A DNA stretch of 64,000 bases from Octopus vulgaris (GCA_951406725.2 OX597814.1:33356001-33420000), one strand, 5' to 3'. Positions 26,573 to 40,993 are shown, numbered from the stretch's first letter. Notes: generated by a model not told the origin, from the sequence alone. Translations and numbers: made by a program.

Positions 26573-27137
26573 TATGAAAACAAATTATAATGTGCTTTCC
26601 TACCTCATGGTAGCGTATTCTACAATTATACTATTATGCACCGTTTTACTACTCAGCGGACTCAGCTATTTGAGAAAATTTGTTTTCGACACGAAAACAA
26701 TGTAGTGTCGATGTCGTAATGAGAAAACCAGACACTTCGGCCAACGTTCGGAGTCTTTACCGATTGAAAAGGCTCCATTCCTTGCAAGAAATCAGATTGA
26801 GAATAAGAATTTATTGAAGCAAAATGTCAGAGAACTACTTCAGAAAGTAATTTTCTGTGCTGCGATTTTTCGTTCAAGGAGCAACTTCAATCTTCTGAAA
26901 ATTACTGGCGGTTTTTTAATATTATTTGGTTTTTTTTTTCCTTTTTATTTTTTCTTTCAATTTTTATTATTATTCCTGTTACTTGAATGCCGCTAAATTG
27001 TTAGATATACATAGACACAGACACACACACATGAACAAAAATACATACATATGTAGATGCATATATAGATATAAAGATGGCTGCAGAGATCTGTCACTCA
27101 CTGAGTCTGTCTCTCTCTTTTACTCTCTCTTTCGAAA

Positions 27138-27194
27138 ATATATATATATATATATATGTGCATAGATAATGTACGTATATTCCGGTACACACAC

Positions 27195-27241
<47 letters not shown>

Positions 27242-27259
27242 TGTATGTATATATATATG

Positions 27260-27310
<51 letters not shown>

Positions 27311-27722
27311 TTGTATATACATATATTTATATATATATATATATATATGCATATATGTATATATGTATGTATGTATATATACATATATATATATATGTAT
27401 ATATATATTTGTATATATATATCTTTATATATACGTATGTATGTATGTATGTATGTATATATGTATGTATGTATGAATATTTATCCATATGTAAGTATGT
27501 ATTTCATATGAATACACATTACGGTTACAAATATACACGTATGTAACGATTTATATATGTGTGTATTTGAATGTATATCTGTAAACATATAGAGGCACTT
27601 ACACAAGTATATAGATAATTTTCTCTGTGCATACATAGTTAAATACACACTCACAAACGTACTGATGTACGTACATACGTGTAAATGTATGTGTGTATCT
27701 ACACACACACACGCACACACAT

Positions 27723-27775
<53 letters not shown>

Positions 27776-27785
27776 AACTTTCTCA

Positions 27786-27819
<34 letters not shown>

Positions 27820-27821
27820 CA

Positions 27822-27900
<79 letters not shown>
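27138..27900. repeat. (TA)/(TATG)/(CA) microsatellite region
   Basis: Direct sequence. Confidence 0.9.
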
Positions 27901-27901
<1 letters not shown>

Positions 27902-27903
<2 letters not shown>

Positions 27904-28110
27904 GGAGTAAACACATAAATGTGAAACAAGGTGGAAAAAAGAGTACTCAAATACCAGTGGTAGAGTAATATGCTTTATTTTAAGCAGCAGAAAATTCAAC
28001 AAAATCTTTTACTCTGAGTTTCTCGTTGCCGTTCATCAGACAGTTGATGAACGGCAACGAGAAACTCAGAGTAACAGATTTTGTTGAATTTTCTGCTGCT
28101 TAAAATAAAG
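27902..28110. mobile_element. Fold-back mini-insert in (TA)n with an HHR in both arms
   Basis: About 70-bp overhang; 66-bp arms 27973-28038 / 28045-28110. Confidence 0.88.
28006..28043 (-). ncRNA. Minimal hammerhead motif (mirror copy on + strand at 28044-28077)
   Basis: Minus strand: ctgt CTGATGA acg-gcaa-cga GAAA ctcagag TA aaag. The plus-strand arm retains acag (stem I partner) but has TTGATGA. Confidence 0.7.
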
Positions 28111-28116
28111 TATATA

Positions 28117-28292
<176 letters not shown>

Positions 28293-29065
28293 CATACATA
28301 CATATATATAATATTCATACACTATTATACTTACATAAATATTCAGAGAGACTGAGAGGGAATGAGAAGATTTTAAGAAAGGGATGTTACTTTTAATTTT
28401 TATTTAATTTTTTTTTTTTTTTACAATGTATTTAACTCCGAGCCATTTCTTTTGGCTTAATATGAGTTATTAATAGAATATATTAGATTTCCTGTCTTGT
28501 AAAAGCTGGTGAATCACTAATTGAATAAATGGCTTATAAATTAGATTCCAAGACCGCCAGCCAAGACTGCTTTAGAGGGAATTAGCAGTACATCTTGCAA
28601 ATGGACTTAAACCAGAAATATTATTGTTGTTACTTTTGAAATTTTTTTTTTTCCTTTTTACTTCTTTAATTAACAATTGTCGTAATTTTCTGACTGCCTA
28701 TCTTTATAAAGTCATATAAAAGTAAATTTTAGTAAACTAATGTTTACGAAGAAATTTTTTTTTCTTCTAAAATATTATGTTTTATTATATATATGTGTGT
28801 GTTCACGTGTGTCGTCTGTGTGCGCATGTGTATGTGTTTTATGATTTTGTACGGCACTAATAAATAATTTTTATAAATCCTACGTGTATACTGAATATGT
28901 GACATATGTTCAATTCACGAAATATTCATTTCATTCTATTTATTTATCTGTGATTTGATTTCTCGTGCATAGACGCTGCCCCGCTGACATAAAAATATGA
29001 CAGTTACATCACGACAAACGGTTTCCATAGATTTCTGTGTCCAGTCAAAGCGAATTAGACGATTA

Positions 29066-29409
29066 TTCTTTTATTTGTTTCAGGTATCTGTCTGCGGCCA
29101 TGCTGGAGCACTGCCTTTAGTCGAAGAAATCGACTCCAGGACTTATTCTTTGTAAGCCTAGTACTTATTCTATCGGAATCTTTTGCCGAACCGCTAAATT
29201 ACAGTTGTCAAGTGCTGTAGAGGGACAAACACAGACACATACACATATATACGACGGGCTTCTTTCAGTTTCCGTCTACCATATCCACTCACAAGGCTTT
29301 GGTCGGCCCGAGGCTATAGTAGAAGACACTTGCCCAAGGTGCCACACAGTGGGACTAAACCAAGAATCATGTGGTTCGCAAGCAAGCTACTTACTACACA
29401 GCCACGCCT
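29066..29409 (-). mobile_element. SINE family A
   Basis: Consensus match with an internal deletion. Confidence 0.88.
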
Positions 29410-29929
29410 TGCGGTCTGTAGGTTTGGGGAGCGCTGCTCATAGTCATAAGCTCATCAGTTTAATTCCGTGACTTGGTGGCACGTTGTATCATTTCCCGTT
29501 GTTCCCGTTTACTTGGCTGTAATGCGTACTAGCCATGTACTATGATAGCCGTCTTCCTTTATAACTATCTTATTCTGGCGAGAGGGTGTCCATGACTTCT
29601 TGTAACGACAAGAAAACATTTCGAAAAAAACTGTTAGTAATATTATTATTCTTTCTGGAACGTTTCTATGTTACTTTTGTAGTTAATCCGTCGATGTCTT
29701 CACAAACATTGTGTCCGTGTGTCATTCCAATTTCAATAATTCCAACTCGAATAAAGGCATAACACTTTATTACAATAACATTTTTAAATCAACCGCTTTT
29801 CAACACATCATAAATCTAATTTTACATTTCTATTCTTTTATTAGCACATTAGAAAATGATATCTTAATTTTTATGTGCTAATCCGTGCTCGATATATATT
29901 ACTAAGCTCCATGATATTATCTCCATAGT

Positions 29930-30162
29930 AAGGCGGCGAGCTCACAGAATCGTTAGCATGCCGGGCGAAATGCGTAGCCGTATTTCGTCTGCTGTTACGT
30001 TCTGAGTTCAAATTCCGCCGAGGTCGACTTTGCCTTTCATCCTTTCGGAGTCGATAAATTAAGTACCAGTTACGCACTGGGGTCGATGTAATCGACTTAA
30101 TCCGTTTGCCTGTCCTTGTTTGTCCCCACTGTGTTTAGCCCCTTGTGGGTAGTAAAGAAATA
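29930..30162 (+). mobile_element. SINE family B, full length
   Basis: Consensus match; TSD gatattatctccat. Confidence 0.93.
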
Positions 30163-31644
30163 GATATTATCTCCATTGTCATTTTCTAAGACTAGTAAGA
30201 AGTTCATACGAGTACCATAAACCTTGTCCCCCCACCCAACTGAGTTGTAATCGCTTTGTACCCAGCTGTATGAATGAAAGCTTCGTCACGTTGCATGTCC
30301 AGATATATCTTGTGATAATTAGTGTAACAGATCCTGATATTGTGTGATGAATTTATTTTTCAGAAAATACACCACATTATGTATATATATGTTGTGAAGG
30401 TCATGGTATTTTATCTACATATAACGTTAGGTATGTTAATTGTGGATTGTGTTATAATGTCAATTAGTAATTTTGTAGAATACGAGTTGCACGTATTAAG
30501 TTTAAAGTGAACTGCCCTCGATAGACTATTTTCGATTTTATATAAATTTGTCGGCACTGCTATCATTTGAATGTCTGCTTCTGTTCGTGTCCTTTATCAT
30601 AATTATCAATCCAGTTATTAATCTTTTCTTTTTACCTTCATCCTGATTATTTCAATTTCATTGTCTTTCTACTACAGCGTCTAACAAATTTGTGTGAGAA
30701 AGCCATTTGAAACTGAGTCTGTTTACATCTCTTTTGGGTCGGTAACGAAAATACCAGTAAAGTCTTGTGTAATCCCTACAGAATATTTTCTCCCCAAATA
30801 TATTTAATCATGTGCTTATGTTATCGGTATTAAGAATGATAGAAAACAGACATTTTAAAGCTGCATATGAAAGGTATTGTTTTAGTTATTATATTTTACA
30901 TTGTAAGTTCAAATCCCACTTCGCTTTTTATACTTTCGAATAATTTCCGAATGGTCTGATCTGAAATAAGAATACTCAAAACAGGACGAAAGATAAACAA
31001 GTAGTAGTAGCTAGAAATTAGCAGGATTCGAAGGCTGGTAAAGGTAGCCGTTTTATTTAGAAATATGAGTAAGAGTCGGCTTTGAGACAGAGTAACAGGA
31101 AGCACTTGTTTGTGTTCTAAGTAAGAGAAGTGAGTACAAGGTTAGTGTGGTTTCTACACATGCGCTTTCTTCTTTTTCCGGAGTGAAGTTCGAGTAGAAC
31201 GCCGCCTGAACAACAGAAACAATTTTGTGGCAAGTGATGTCTTGGTGAACAATATGATGTGGGAATAAAGTACCATTGCAGTAAAGTACCATTTCTGTGT
31301 TTAATTATTTATGTTTTACTCATATAAATAAATTGCTATAAGGTGTTACAGTATTATTTTTTAACTTTAAAACCCTGATCAGTCAACTCTGATCAAGCAG
31401 TTGTAGCACTTCCTCCTGTTTTCAGGAATATGTAAAACTTAAGGAAGCTTGATAACTGCTATTTCTAGCAAGTCGGGTGACTACAAAGATACTACATCCG
31501 TATTTTAAGAAGTGATGGGTGGTTTCAGGCTGATTGAAGTGTACTGATATTTGTCTATAAAAAGGAAAGGATATTAATGACTCGTAGACAATTTCATACT
31601 AAGGCTTACTGGAGTTTAGAATGTTAACACGAAACAATATGGAC

Positions 31645-31810
31645 CAGGAGTGGCTGTGTAGTAAGTAGCTTACTTACCAACCACATGGTTCCGGGTTCAG
31701 TCCCACTGCGTAGCACCTTGGGCAAGTGTTTTCTACTGTAGCCTCGGACCGACCAAAACCTTGTGAGTGGATTTGGTATGTGGAAACTAAAAGAAGCCAA
31801 CCGTATATAA

Positions 31811-31892
<82 letters not shown>

Positions 31893-32182
31893 GAGGGTGA
31901 AATATTGGATATTAATTTGATAACATCAATATAACACCAGTGGTCTAGCATATTAAAAAACTGAGGTTCAGTAAATAGTATTACATACATATGAGAGAGA
32001 TTACCACTATGAGGACACCCTAATGCTAGAAGTAGATCCGCTATGGTCTTAGCTATGGTATTTGCTAAATTTTCTAGAGAACATTTCTTAGTTGTAAGAC
32101 CATAGCGGATCTACTTCTAGCATTAGGGTGTCCACATGGTGGCAATCCCTCTCATATGTATGTAACATATATATATATATAT

Positions 32183-32249
<67 letters not shown>

Positions 32250-32257
32250 TACATATA

Positions 32258-32288
<31 letters not shown>

Positions 32289-32511
32289 GTGTGTATATGT
32301 TTGTGTGTCCGTTTGTCCCCACACCACCATCACTTGACAACCGATGTTGGTGTGTTTGCGTCCCTGTACATTAGCGGTTCGGGAAAAGAGGACGATAGAA
32401 TAAGTTCTAGGCTTACAAAGAATAAGACCTGGGGTCGATTTGCTCGACTAAAGGCGGTGCTCCAGTATGGCCTCCGTCAAATGACTGAAACAAGTAAAAG
32501 AATAAAAGAGT
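31645..32511 (+). mobile_element. SINE family A with a fold-back insert in its microsatellite
   Basis: Head 31645-31805, tail 32300-32511. Confidence 0.88.
31889..32165. mobile_element. Fold-back mini-insert in (TA)n
   Basis: About 90-bp overhang; 71-bp arms 31981-32051 / 32095-32165; no HHR seen. Confidence 0.8.
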
Positions 32512-32892
32512 AACAAAATATGTTCTAATTTAAACTACTCTCTGTGCTGTGATGTCTTTTCCCCTTCATCATTTTGTGTCAGTGGAAGTAGAGGTGAGTT
32601 TAGTGAAAAAAATATACAGCTCGCATATTGTAAGTGCGTGAGATGCTTACATGTTGCTTTGAACTACGTTTATCCATAAGGTCAGAAAAGCTTGCTTCAA
32701 GAGACCTCGAATGAAATACTGAACGCTTAATCAACCTTAAAGTAATAAGATATAATATATATAAATGCAAGTGTATGTGCGTATGTATGTATGTATGTAT
32801 GTATGTCTGTATGTATGTACGCATACGCACATACATATGCTCGTGTGTCAGTGTCCCAAATGTATATACCAAATGGCAGCGCGATATATTTT

Positions 32893-33310
<418 letters not shown>

Positions 33311-34009
33311 CATATATCTTATATATTATATATATGTAAATATGTATGCATGTATGCATATGTATGTAGAGAGAGAGAGAGAATGAGGGAGAGAAGAAAA
33401 TAGAAGATAGCGAGGAAGGTTTGGCAAAAAGATGCATGTGTTTATTTCATTGTTCAGCATATTAATCCACAGAATTATAGTTCACAACAATGGCATCCCG
33501 TTACAAAAGTCTATATAGTTTAATATTGTATGCAATTGCTTTAAAAATGAAGACAAAACAGTTGAATGAAATATCTCTATAAACAATTGTACGCAAGTTT
33601 TGCAATATTCACATTAGTTAAACAATGAAATGTATATTTTTCTTAGCCTTAGGTAGATTTCAAGATATTGTTGGAGGTTAGATGGAATCCTACATAAAAA
33701 TAACATTTAATTCAAAAGATATCGATTTAAAGAATCTATTATATTTATAATTTAAACGTTCCGGACTATCAAGATTCCCTTTGGGTTTTTTTTAAATATA
33801 CGCATATTTTTAATGGGTGTAATTTCTTTGTTCGTTTTTGTATGTTTTTTGTCAATTTGTTTTTCAATCGTTTCAATATCCGATTGTGTTCAGAGATGTG
33901 CTATTGTTTGAGGTAAAGATCTTCAAAGCACCATGCTTTAATCCTTGGCTTTTAAGGTCCAGTGCCAAGCCTTCCTGCCAAGTTCCAGTTTCAAAGTCCA
34001 AAATGGATT

Positions 34010-34277
<268 letters not shown>

Positions 34278-34499
34278 TTTCCTTTAAATATGATGCCGAT
34301 AACTCGAATATTAAACTCTAAAGTTCTAAAAGTATTAATGTTGTTGATTTGTAGTTGTTTTTATTTTTACTGCTGCTTCTGCCGCTGATGATAATCATGA
34401 TAATTATCATGATGATGACGACGATGAAGATGATGATTGTGATGTTCAAACCCAAATCAGCCTTCATTATGTAGTCCAATAATACAAGACATTCCATGT

Positions 34500-34797
34500 G
34501 TCGACTTTGCCTGTCATCCTTTCGGAGTCGATTAAATAAGTATCAGTTACGCACTGGGGTCGATATAATCGACTTAATCCGTTTGTCCTCTCTGTGTTTA
34601 GCCCCTTGTGGGTAGTAAAGAAATATGTATTTTGTCTGCTGCTATGTTCTGAGTTCAAATTCTGCCGAGGTCGAATTTGCCTTTCATCCTTTCGGGGTCG
34701 ATTAAATAAGTACCAGTTACGCACTAGGGTCGATATAATCGACTCAATCCGATTGTCTGTCCTCGTTTGTCCCCCCTTGTGGGCAATAAAGAAATAA
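34500..34797 (+). mobile_element. Two tandem 5'-truncated SINE family B copies
   Basis: Core and tail are repeated twice. Confidence 0.85.
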
Positions 34798-35283
34798 GAT
34801 TCATCGAATAGGCGTGATGAAAAATTACTCATGATTATTTGTACCAATTCATCTTCAAATATAGCTTTTCTTTGATGAGCTATGCACCTTTTTCTAAATT
34901 CATACAAATTACCTTAAAAAAACTGACGTAACTTGTATAATTGAGTGGGGTTTTATGTGGGTTTTATGTACGCACACACATATATATATATATTGCCTCC
35001 CCTTTGCAAATATAAGGACACAGAAAATGTGTGAAAGCCGACAGGAGACACGGATATTTCCTAGGGCTAAAAGGCGGTGGTCTAATTCTCTTACGGGACT
35101 GTCACATTGAGTTGACAGTATACGACCACTATATCGCTCCACCACCGCTTATATCTCTCTGAGACATTTAGAAATTCAATATTTCTAATTTCGGCGATCA
35201 GTAAATAAATTTTACTGATAATATGATATATTTGCAGAGAAGTTGCAGTCATCTCAGCGAGCGAGGCAAGCTACCCTGAACTG

Positions 35284-36905
35284 TGTTTGTGTCGGTTTTT
35301 CGGATTTGCGGTTGAGTGAGTTGGATTTTGCTGATTGGTGTTGTTGAAAACTGTTGCGTCGTGTTGAATTGTTGAATTCTTTGTTGGGTATGCAAGCCCA
35401 AACTTGTGCGGGAGCAGCAGGCAAAAGCCTGGCTGCGAACGAATCACACTTGGAAGAAATAATTGTCGAGAAGGAAAATTTGAGGAAATACTACGACAGC
35501 TTCAAGAAGGAAGGAGACTGTCTGAGGATTACATCACCTGAAGACGAAGTGAAAGAAGCGGAGAAAAAAATCATAGCATACAGAACATGGAATGTGGTCT
35601 CATAGAGAATAGAAGTAGCAGAGGTGGAACAGATTGAGAAATGTCTACAGGAAATTAAAGGAAGAAATACCTTCTACGATAGAGGTAGAAAATGCGCTAC
35701 GGTAGACGTTCGTTTTGAAAATGAAGACGAAGCGAAAAGGAACGCAACGACAGTGTTGAGATAGGAAAAATGGGTTTTACTCCCTAGTTATTGTGGAAAA
35801 AGAGCAGTGAGGATACGAATAAGCAAGATCCCACTGGAACTTGATACCGAAAGAATAGTAGCTGCAATAATCTACAACTGCAAGGGGGACGTGGACATAC
35901 TTAAGGTGGAAAAGTGGAAAGAAATAAGCTGGTGGGGTTATGCGGTGCAAGCCGTTGTCCACATATCCATGCCAGATTTGTATAACATCCCGGAGGAGTT
36001 GGTGTTCCCCGACGAGACACGTCTGAGAATCGTGGTGGAGGGGAGACCTCCAGTGTGTTATAAATGTAAGAGAAGAGGGCACATGAAGGATGTGTGTCCT
36101 GAAGTTGAAATACAAGTGAAGAAGATGACACTGGAGTAGAGATTTGACAGAGGATTTAGGAGATAATATGGAAAGTGACGACGAGTTAGTGACGGAAAAA
36201 GAAGAGGAAAGAACAGAAGAAAAAGAGGATAGAAAGAGAACACGGGTTGAATCACCACCAAAAGACCAAAAAAAGAAAAAAACTAAAAAGAAGTATGCTG
36301 ATGAGACAGAGGGTCGAACGCAGGAAGGGAGAGATACAGCAATTAAAGTGAGTGAAGATTCAAGTTGGGAGGAAGCGATAAAATGGTCAACAAAAGTGGA
36401 AGAATGTCGGAAAACATGCAAGGAAGGAGGAAGACCCAAAGGAAAGAATCTCAGAGCTGTAATATTGTACAGAAAATATAAAGAAATTGAGAAAAAATTA
36501 GCAGTAATGAAAAATCTAACGAGAGTGAAATTGAACCCGAGGATGTACGATAACCACACAAAGGCTGCAATAGTGGAAAAAGAGACGGTAAATAAATTTT
36601 AAAATTTGTTTTCAGATACAGCTGTAACCATATCGCATTACGTTCGATATGACAGTTTGCCCGGAGTTATAGAGCAAGATGAATTACTCGTTTACATTAC
36701 GGTCGAACACCCCAGATAGTATAACTATAATATAAATGAAACTGCAAGCTTTGGGGGGCTCGTAAGCCATTTCATTTTATTCATTGTTAATAATTCATTT
36801 CATTTCATATCATCCTTTTTATTTTTATTATATGTACCCCATGTCCTGTATTGTATTGTTATGTCCCCTCTTCTGTCAGGCCATTGTGCCTATAATAAAG
36901 AGAAA
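35284..36905 (+). mobile_element. ORF1-only non-LTR retroelement (L1/Tx1 gag-like, HAL1-like)
   Basis: 20-bp TSD aggca(a/g)gctaccctgaactg at 35264-35283 and 36906-36925; 5' UTR, single ORF, 3' UTR ending aataaagagaaa; no RT or EN. Confidence 0.85.
35390..36602 (+). pseudogene. Gag/ORF1-like protein with CCHC zinc knuckle and E/K-rich region
   Basis: MQAQTCAGAA start; RIVVEGRPPVCYKCKRRGHMKDVC (CX2CX4HX4C); two internal stops (35603, 35762) and a frameshift near 36140; the frame may continue to about 36719. Confidence 0.82.
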
Positions 36906-36916
36906 AGGCAGGCTAC

Positions 36917-36962
36917 CCTGAACTGACGATGAGCAATACACTCAGAAACATATGTCTTCAGG
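36917..36962 (+). ncRNA. Minimal type-I hammerhead ribozyme, canonical
   Basis: cctgaa CTGACGA tgag-caataca-ctca GAAA catatg TC ttcagg; 6-bp stem I, palindromic stem III, GUC triplet, predicted cut after 36956. Confidence 0.93.
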
Positions 36963-37150
36963 TGCCTTGTCCCGGCTTGCGGGGGTGATTGCCTCCCTTT
37001 TGCAAATATAAGGACACAGAAAATATGTCATAGCCGACAGGAGACGTCGATGTTTCCTAGGGCTAAATGGCGGTGGTATAATTTCCTTACGGGACTGTCA
37101 CATTGAGTTGACAGTATACGAACACTATATATATATATATATATATATAT

Positions 37151-37208
37151 CTAATGTAGGCTAAAAAATTTTTTTTTCGAAAAAAATATTTTGCCCTTAT
37201 TTATGAAA
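37151..37208. mobile_element. 58-bp miniature carrying both ends of the 4263-4969 family
   Basis: taatgtagg...ttttcgaaaaaa (left end) joined to tttgcccttatttat (right end), within (TA)n. Confidence 0.6.
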
Positions 37209-37210
37209 TA

Positions 37211-37257
<47 letters not shown>

Positions 37258-37258
<1 letters not shown>

Positions 37259-37405
37259 CGACGAGTTTCTTTCAGTTTCTGTCTACCAAATCCACTCACA
37301 AGGCGTTAGTCGGCCTGAGGCTATAGTAGAAGGCACTTGCCAAACGTGCCACGCAGTGGAACTGAACCCGGAACTATGTGGTTGGTAAGCAAGCTACTTA
37401 CCACA
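37258..37405 (-). mobile_element. SINE family A head
   Basis: Consensus match. Confidence 0.85.
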
Positions 37406-37898
37406 CACACAAAACTAAGATGTTAACTGACTGTGTTGTTGAACATAGAATGCACTTCACAATACAATATCTAAATATGCACATCCAGATACGAATAACT
37501 TCAAATCATACTTAAAACTAAACTGAAAACTAAAATGAAGCGTTTATAAAACTGAGGTACATTAAAATAAAGAAAGGAAATTTTTACCTAACTCTTACTC
37601 GAGGCCTCGAAATTTGACAACTTATGAAAATTGCCACTCGCTGTTTCTGTAGAAGTGTATTCATATATTTATGTCTCTGATGTAGAGAACGTAATGTATT
37701 TATTATATTGTAATTGAACTAGCATACCCGTGTTGTTATAAATGTCGACGGTCCTATTAATAATAGAAAAATAATGCATCAAACCAATGGGAGAAATCAT
37801 TGATGAATCGAGTAAATATACGTAAAATACACTGAATTGAAGAACTTAAACAATAACACACAGTTGAAATGCCCCGGTTGAAAGTATTATCATCCGTG

Positions 37899-37947
<49 letters not shown>

Positions 37948-37950
<3 letters not shown>

Positions 37951-40444
37951 AATATTAGGGAATAAATCCAAATTTACAAGGAAAAATCAGATTTAAGATT
38001 GAATCCAATTTTATAGTAACATATTATATTATATCAAATTAGAGACAAAACCACTACTATGCAAATCAAAGAAAGAAAGACTACATTAATCATTGGATAA
38101 CTACATTAATCCAACCTTATTATTCAACGACAAGTGCCTCCTATTCATCCAATTCACCCTGTATTAATTTTCACCTATCATAGCCATTAATAAATATTAT
38201 AGTATAATATACATGATTGTATATAAACATATCTAAATGCGTACACGGATCCACACACACATATTGTATCTGTACATGCACGGGTACATGTAGACGCGGA
38301 TATGTTTATGGTGCGTCCTGTACTTCTGCACATTGCTTGTGCATACTCGCATGCGAGTGAGTTTAATCACTCATTCTTAAACGTATATGTATGTATGAGT
38401 GTGTATATGTGTATGGCTGTGGGGGTGTGTGTGCATATGTGTGTGTATGTGTGTGTGAATGTATGTGAGTGTGTGTGTGTGTATGTGTATGTATGGGTGT
38501 ATGTATGGGGTTGTGTGTGTATGTGTGTATATGCGTGTTTGTGCGTGTATGTGTGTGTGTGTGTATGTGTGTATGTGCATGTATATGTTTGGATGTTTTC
38601 TTGTATAATTGTGTGTACGTGTGTGTGGTTGTACTGTGAATTTTTGATGGTATGGATGTATTTGTTATGAGTACTAGTTTGTATGTGATGGGGGGTGTGG
38701 GAGGTGATTTATGATATGTGGGGGGATTACTATGAGGTTTGTTTTTGTGTATTTGGTAATGGGTGGTTTTTGATCATTAGATTTGTTTTTGTGATGGGTT
38801 TCGTTTATCAAGGTTGTTTTATTTATTAATGAATACTATAGTATATAGAGAGATTTTATTCTTTTGTGAATTCATTCCTTTTACAATGATAAACTTATAT
38901 ATCCCATTCATAATCTTTAAATAACGTTGGTTCATCACGCGCAAAGAATTTATCAAAATTTTATTCTATTTTTCTGTTTATAACGTAATTTCTTAAACGC
39001 TGTTTAAGATGTATTATAATTCAAATTTAGTTCATAATTTAAAACTCGCTAAGAAGGTAAGTTTTCTTTGATCTCCAAATTGTTAATATTGTATTAGCCT
39101 TATGAGTAATAATATTCTCCTTATGTTAATCTTGCTGTTTATGTAATGATCTATTAATCGTAATTTTCTATGTTATTAGTTATTAAATAATTTAGATAAA
39201 TTTTTGATAAATAGATAGGTTTCGACTTAGATGATTTAGGCCATGTCTAATATAATAGCATAATTTATATTAGATAATGTTTTCCCATTCATATTTTTGA
39301 TTAGTACTTATAGTATTTTTTAATACTATATTACTGAGTAAGGAATATTCTTATAAGTTTGTGGTTGTGTATATGTGGCTATTGATGTTATTTCTTCTAT
39401 GTGTTAGTGTATTGCAGTGTACATACGTTTATGTATGAGTGATTGTATGTGTGTGTGGAGGTGTGCATAATTGATGTGTAGAGGTGTAGGGTTGCATTTA
39501 GAATATATCCGTGTCTGTATGTGTTTCTGTATGTATAGATATGTGTGTGTGTGTATGTTTGTTTACGTGTTTATATATGTTTATTACATACATATAATAT
39601 ATAGTATTTAATACTATTTTACTAAATTTGTGTATGTATAGATATATATGTGTGTGTGTGTTTGTTTACGTATTTATATATGTTTATTACATATATATAG
39701 TATATAGTATTTAATACTATTTTACTAAGAATGAAATATTTCTATAAGTATGTGGTTGAGTATCTGCGGCCACAGGATGTTATTTCTCCTCTGTGTTAGT
39801 GTCCTGTTGAGAGTATATGTTAATGAATGAGTGATTGTATGTGTGTGTGTGTGTGAGTTTGTGTGCGTATTTGGATGTGTTTATATACATATATGTATAT
39901 ATGTGCATGAGCATGTGTGTATATATATATTTTTTGTTTTTTGAAATTAGCTATTTCATCTTTAATATGAGAAATTAAATATATTAGGTTTTCATTATAT
40001 ACAATCGTTTATAGAGTTTATTTTAGATCTTGATTATAATATTTATATATATTTTCATTGATAATTTATATATATTACTTATTTCAAATATCTATATAAG
40101 TAGATATAGACTAAAATGGATATTAGCATATGGATTTTCTACCTTATAAATTAAAGTTAATATTTAACATTATAGTCGATTTCGATATAATCATATTTAT
40201 TAATAATAGAGTTTATTATAAGTAAATTTTTATTTAGATTATATAGATATTTTATCATAAAAATATTGATTATATTTTATATTTTAGGTTTTGAAACCAC
40301 CTGAAGAATGTTTAAGATGTGCTGACACGAAACGATCGTAGTGGTTATTCATATGTTAAATTTTAATTTATATAAATTATTTTATGTATTGGCTTAAGTC
40401 TTTCTTTGTTTGATTTGCATAGTAGTGGTTTTGTCTCTAATTTG

Positions 40445-40454
<10 letters not shown>
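37948..40454 (+). mobile_element. 2.5-kb non-coding PLE-derived insert with overhang, inverted end and HHR
   Basis: IR 38025-38082 / 40397-40454; about 77-bp left overhang; (TA)n on both sides; GT-rich body with internal duplications. Confidence 0.7.
40295..40346 (+). ncRNA. Minimal type-I hammerhead, intact core
   Basis: aaccac CTGAAGA atgttt...tgacac GAAA cgatcg TA gtggtt; 6-bp stem I, weak stem II. Confidence 0.82.
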
Positions 40455-40530
<76 letters not shown>

Positions 40531-40535
40531 TATAC

Positions 40536-40625
<90 letters not shown>

Positions 40626-40993
40626 AGGCGTAGTTGTGTGGTAAGAAGCTTGCTTCCCAAACACATGGTTCTTGGTTCCGTCCCATTGCGTGGTAGCTCG
40701 GGCAGATCTCTTCTACTATAACATCGGGCCAACCAATGCTTTGTGAGTGGATTTGGTAGACGGAAACTGAAAGTAGCCCGTCGTATATATGTGCGTGTGT
40801 ATGTGTCTTTGTGTCTGTGCTTGTCCCCCACCCATCACCACTTGATAAACGGTGTTGGTGTGTTTATCGAACCCCATAACTTAGCGGTTCATCAAAAGAA
40901 ACCGATAGAATAAGTACTAGGTTTTTAAAAAAATAAGTCATGGTTTCGATTTGCTGGATTAAAATCCCTTCAAGGCGGTGCTCCGGCATGGCC
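40626..40993 (+). mobile_element. SINE family A
   Basis: Consensus match. Confidence 0.88.

Larger units (their letters stand above)
34993..37130 (+). mobile_element. Retrozyme-like non-coding element (354-bp monomer, 142-bp terminal direct repeats, one HHR), interrupted by a 1.6-kb insert
   Basis: Direct repeats 34993-35134 and 36989-37130, both outer ends in (TA)n; HHR at 36917-36962. Confidence 0.8.

Noticed and set aside
35777-36559. 260-aa minus-strand ORF
   Set aside because: Antisense shadow of the purine-rich gag-like ORF
34993-37130. LTR retrotransposon (direct repeats flanking a gag-like ORF)
   Set aside because: Repeats lack TG..CA ends, PBS and PPT; the ORF lies in a separate insert bounded by its own 20-bp TSD
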